From contig OZ249440.1 in assembly GCA_965235115.1 (NCBI GenBank), forward strand, positions 17,174,001 through 17,238,000: DNA of 64,000 nt. The letters are read 5' to 3'. The notes below the pieces were generated by a model. That model had not been told where the DNA came from. It saw only the letters and a program-made list of their open reading frames with translations, and did not search any database. This document shows positions 62,191 to 64,000 of this stretch, piece by piece. The DNA is from Laetmonice hystrix. Lineage: Eukaryota. Within the stretch, counting starts at the first letter, position 1. Every line of letters starts with the position of its first letter. The position numbers were made by a program, and so were the translations under genes.

Positions 62191-63895
62191 ACTGACAGAC
62201 TGCTTGCATCTAGCCGCTAGGTAAACACGGGAGTTGGTGGCCGGACGCGGAGCTAGGATACCAAATGCACCGTATCTCCATCGCTCTATTCACGGCCGGG
62301 ACGGGCGCCAGCAGCCGCTGCTGCCGCCTTTGCTGCCAGCCACAGTGGCTGGGTGACGTATTGAGGAGAGCTCCCCCACCCAGACCTGCCGCGCTCCACC
62401 CACCCGCCCGTCTACCCGCCAGTGGCCCGCTCCCAGGAGACGATCAAACTCCCAGTAACCGGGCAATGTGCTCATTTCAAAATCACTACCGAAATTGATT
62501 TACATGATTTCACAATTATGCCGATTTTGTGTCGCCCGGCCGTTGTTGCCATGGATTAATGAAAATATGACTGGATTACTTCAGATGTGAACAATTGGAA
62601 ATTGTTTTTTCAAGAACTCTACACAATAGGTGCCGCCAACTCGACTATGGGTAGCCCAGCTGGAGGTATTAAAGGCACAATGGCAGGCTTGAAGCCATTT
62701 TTTCCAGGCAATTAACGGTTGCGGCATTTCTCAGTCACTGAAGACCAGGCACTGGAGATGGGGACAAAAGCTGATAATTGACCCAGATTCTGGAAGGTGG
62801 TGCCGCTGGGATGTCGAGTTGACGGTGCTCGATCGTGCTCACCCAGAACTGCCGGAACAATTGCCTCTCAGTGAGGATAAATAATTGAACATCTGATCTA
62901 GTCCTTGTTAATGGATACCCGTTTCGCCGTCCGCACACAACCGTAATTGCGTTTGCTTGTTTGGCATCGGCGTGCAGACGTGCAACAATTGTGTTCAGCT
63001 TTCAAAGAATTGTGGAAACGTTGCACATGTGTATTCAGCTGACTTGATGCTATCCAGAACATGGATCGGATTGTGAAGTGTGTATTCTGAAAAGGTAAGA
63101 TCTCGAATAGATTTCAAAATGATATTGATATTCCATGCCTGTGCATCCTCGGCAAATTATGGAGGGATAACGATTCGTCTTAGAAAAGTTGAATTATTTA
63201 ATTAGGCCCTTCAGATTCCCAGTTGGTTTCTTGGGAATACTTTTTGCTAGTTTTCAACGTCAGCAATGTCAGCACTCCAGGTTGGAGCCCCCCCCCCCCT
63301 CCTACAGCCCACTGTAGCATATGGAGGACCCACCTCCAGGGCCCTACTGCAATAAGGACTCGGCGACCTGAGCCCCCCCCCCCCCGGGAGCCAAGGGTGC
63401 CTTGTTGGCACGCTCCTCCAGTACCTCTGGGATATAGAGATATCATCACGTAAGGTATGAGAGCGGCTGGACCCAGATACCGGGTACTGTGTGTTATCTC
63501 GGATAATGAACGCCATAGTAGTGCTGGCTATTTATTTGTTAAAATAAAACCATACACAACGCCCTTGAAGACAATAGGGGTGTGGTTTGGGGTCGATTTT
63601 GTTTTCCCGTTGTCTGCCAGTGCATGTGACCCACTTCTGAGCGGAGCCCCTCCCCCCAACACACACCCATAACTCGAAGTGCTCGGGGTCAAAAAGTGGG
63701 CTTGATGTGGTTGACGATTGGAATGAGCCGACTCGCGCAGTCTCTGTTCCTAACAGGTCGTCGACGCTGGTCAATTATAACGGGCATACAAACGAATTGG
63801 GGCCTCCTTCATTGATAGACAAATCACCCCGAATTACGTCAGGCACGTTAATGGGGGCTAATGGTGGAGCCCACCGTGGAGACTAGGCAAAAACT

Positions 63896-64000
63896 GACGG
63901 TGGAGTGGCTGGAAATACCGGGTGCTACAGACGGTGGAGTGGCTGGAAATACCGGGTGCTACAGACGGTGGAGTGGCTGGAAATACCGGGTGCTACAGAC
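63896..64000. repeat. 34-bp minisatellite, at least 3 copies, running off the window end
   Basis: gacggtggagtggctggaaataccgggtgctaca at 63896, 63930 and 63964. Confidence 0.93.

Overview
Animal genomic DNA, almost all intronic. An invertebrate source, possibly lophotrochozoan, is inferred from the repeat content and protein divergence, and is not certain. One gene is supported, on the + strand: a JMJD1C/KDM3-family histone demethylase. Four internal coding exons (30532-30696, 33743-33862/33871, 46891-47097, 54502-54586) splice in frame into the conserved N-terminal region. The start-codon exon and the downstream exons, including the JmjC domain, were not found in the window. The introns carry decayed LINE relics, two MITEs with TIRs and TSDs, a SINE fragment, many minisatellites, about 30 long G/C homopolymers and one assembly gap. 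Two unexplained signals stand out. (1) Two near-perfect recursive-splicing (ratchet) sites, branchpoint + pyrimidine tract + CAG|GTRAGT, at 8075/8076 and 18916/18917 cut the >30 kb upstream intron into about 11 kb segments. (2) A candidate internal promoter and first exon (TATA 56392, GCCGCCATG 56447, phase-1 donor 56481 matching the preceding exon's phase) lies just downstream of a minisatellite carrying four perfect NF-kB sites (GGGACTTTCC). This predicts an inducible, N-terminally truncated demethylase isoform. Both are sequence-based inferences that need RNA data. All homology calls were made by eye from remembered family motifs; no search was run.
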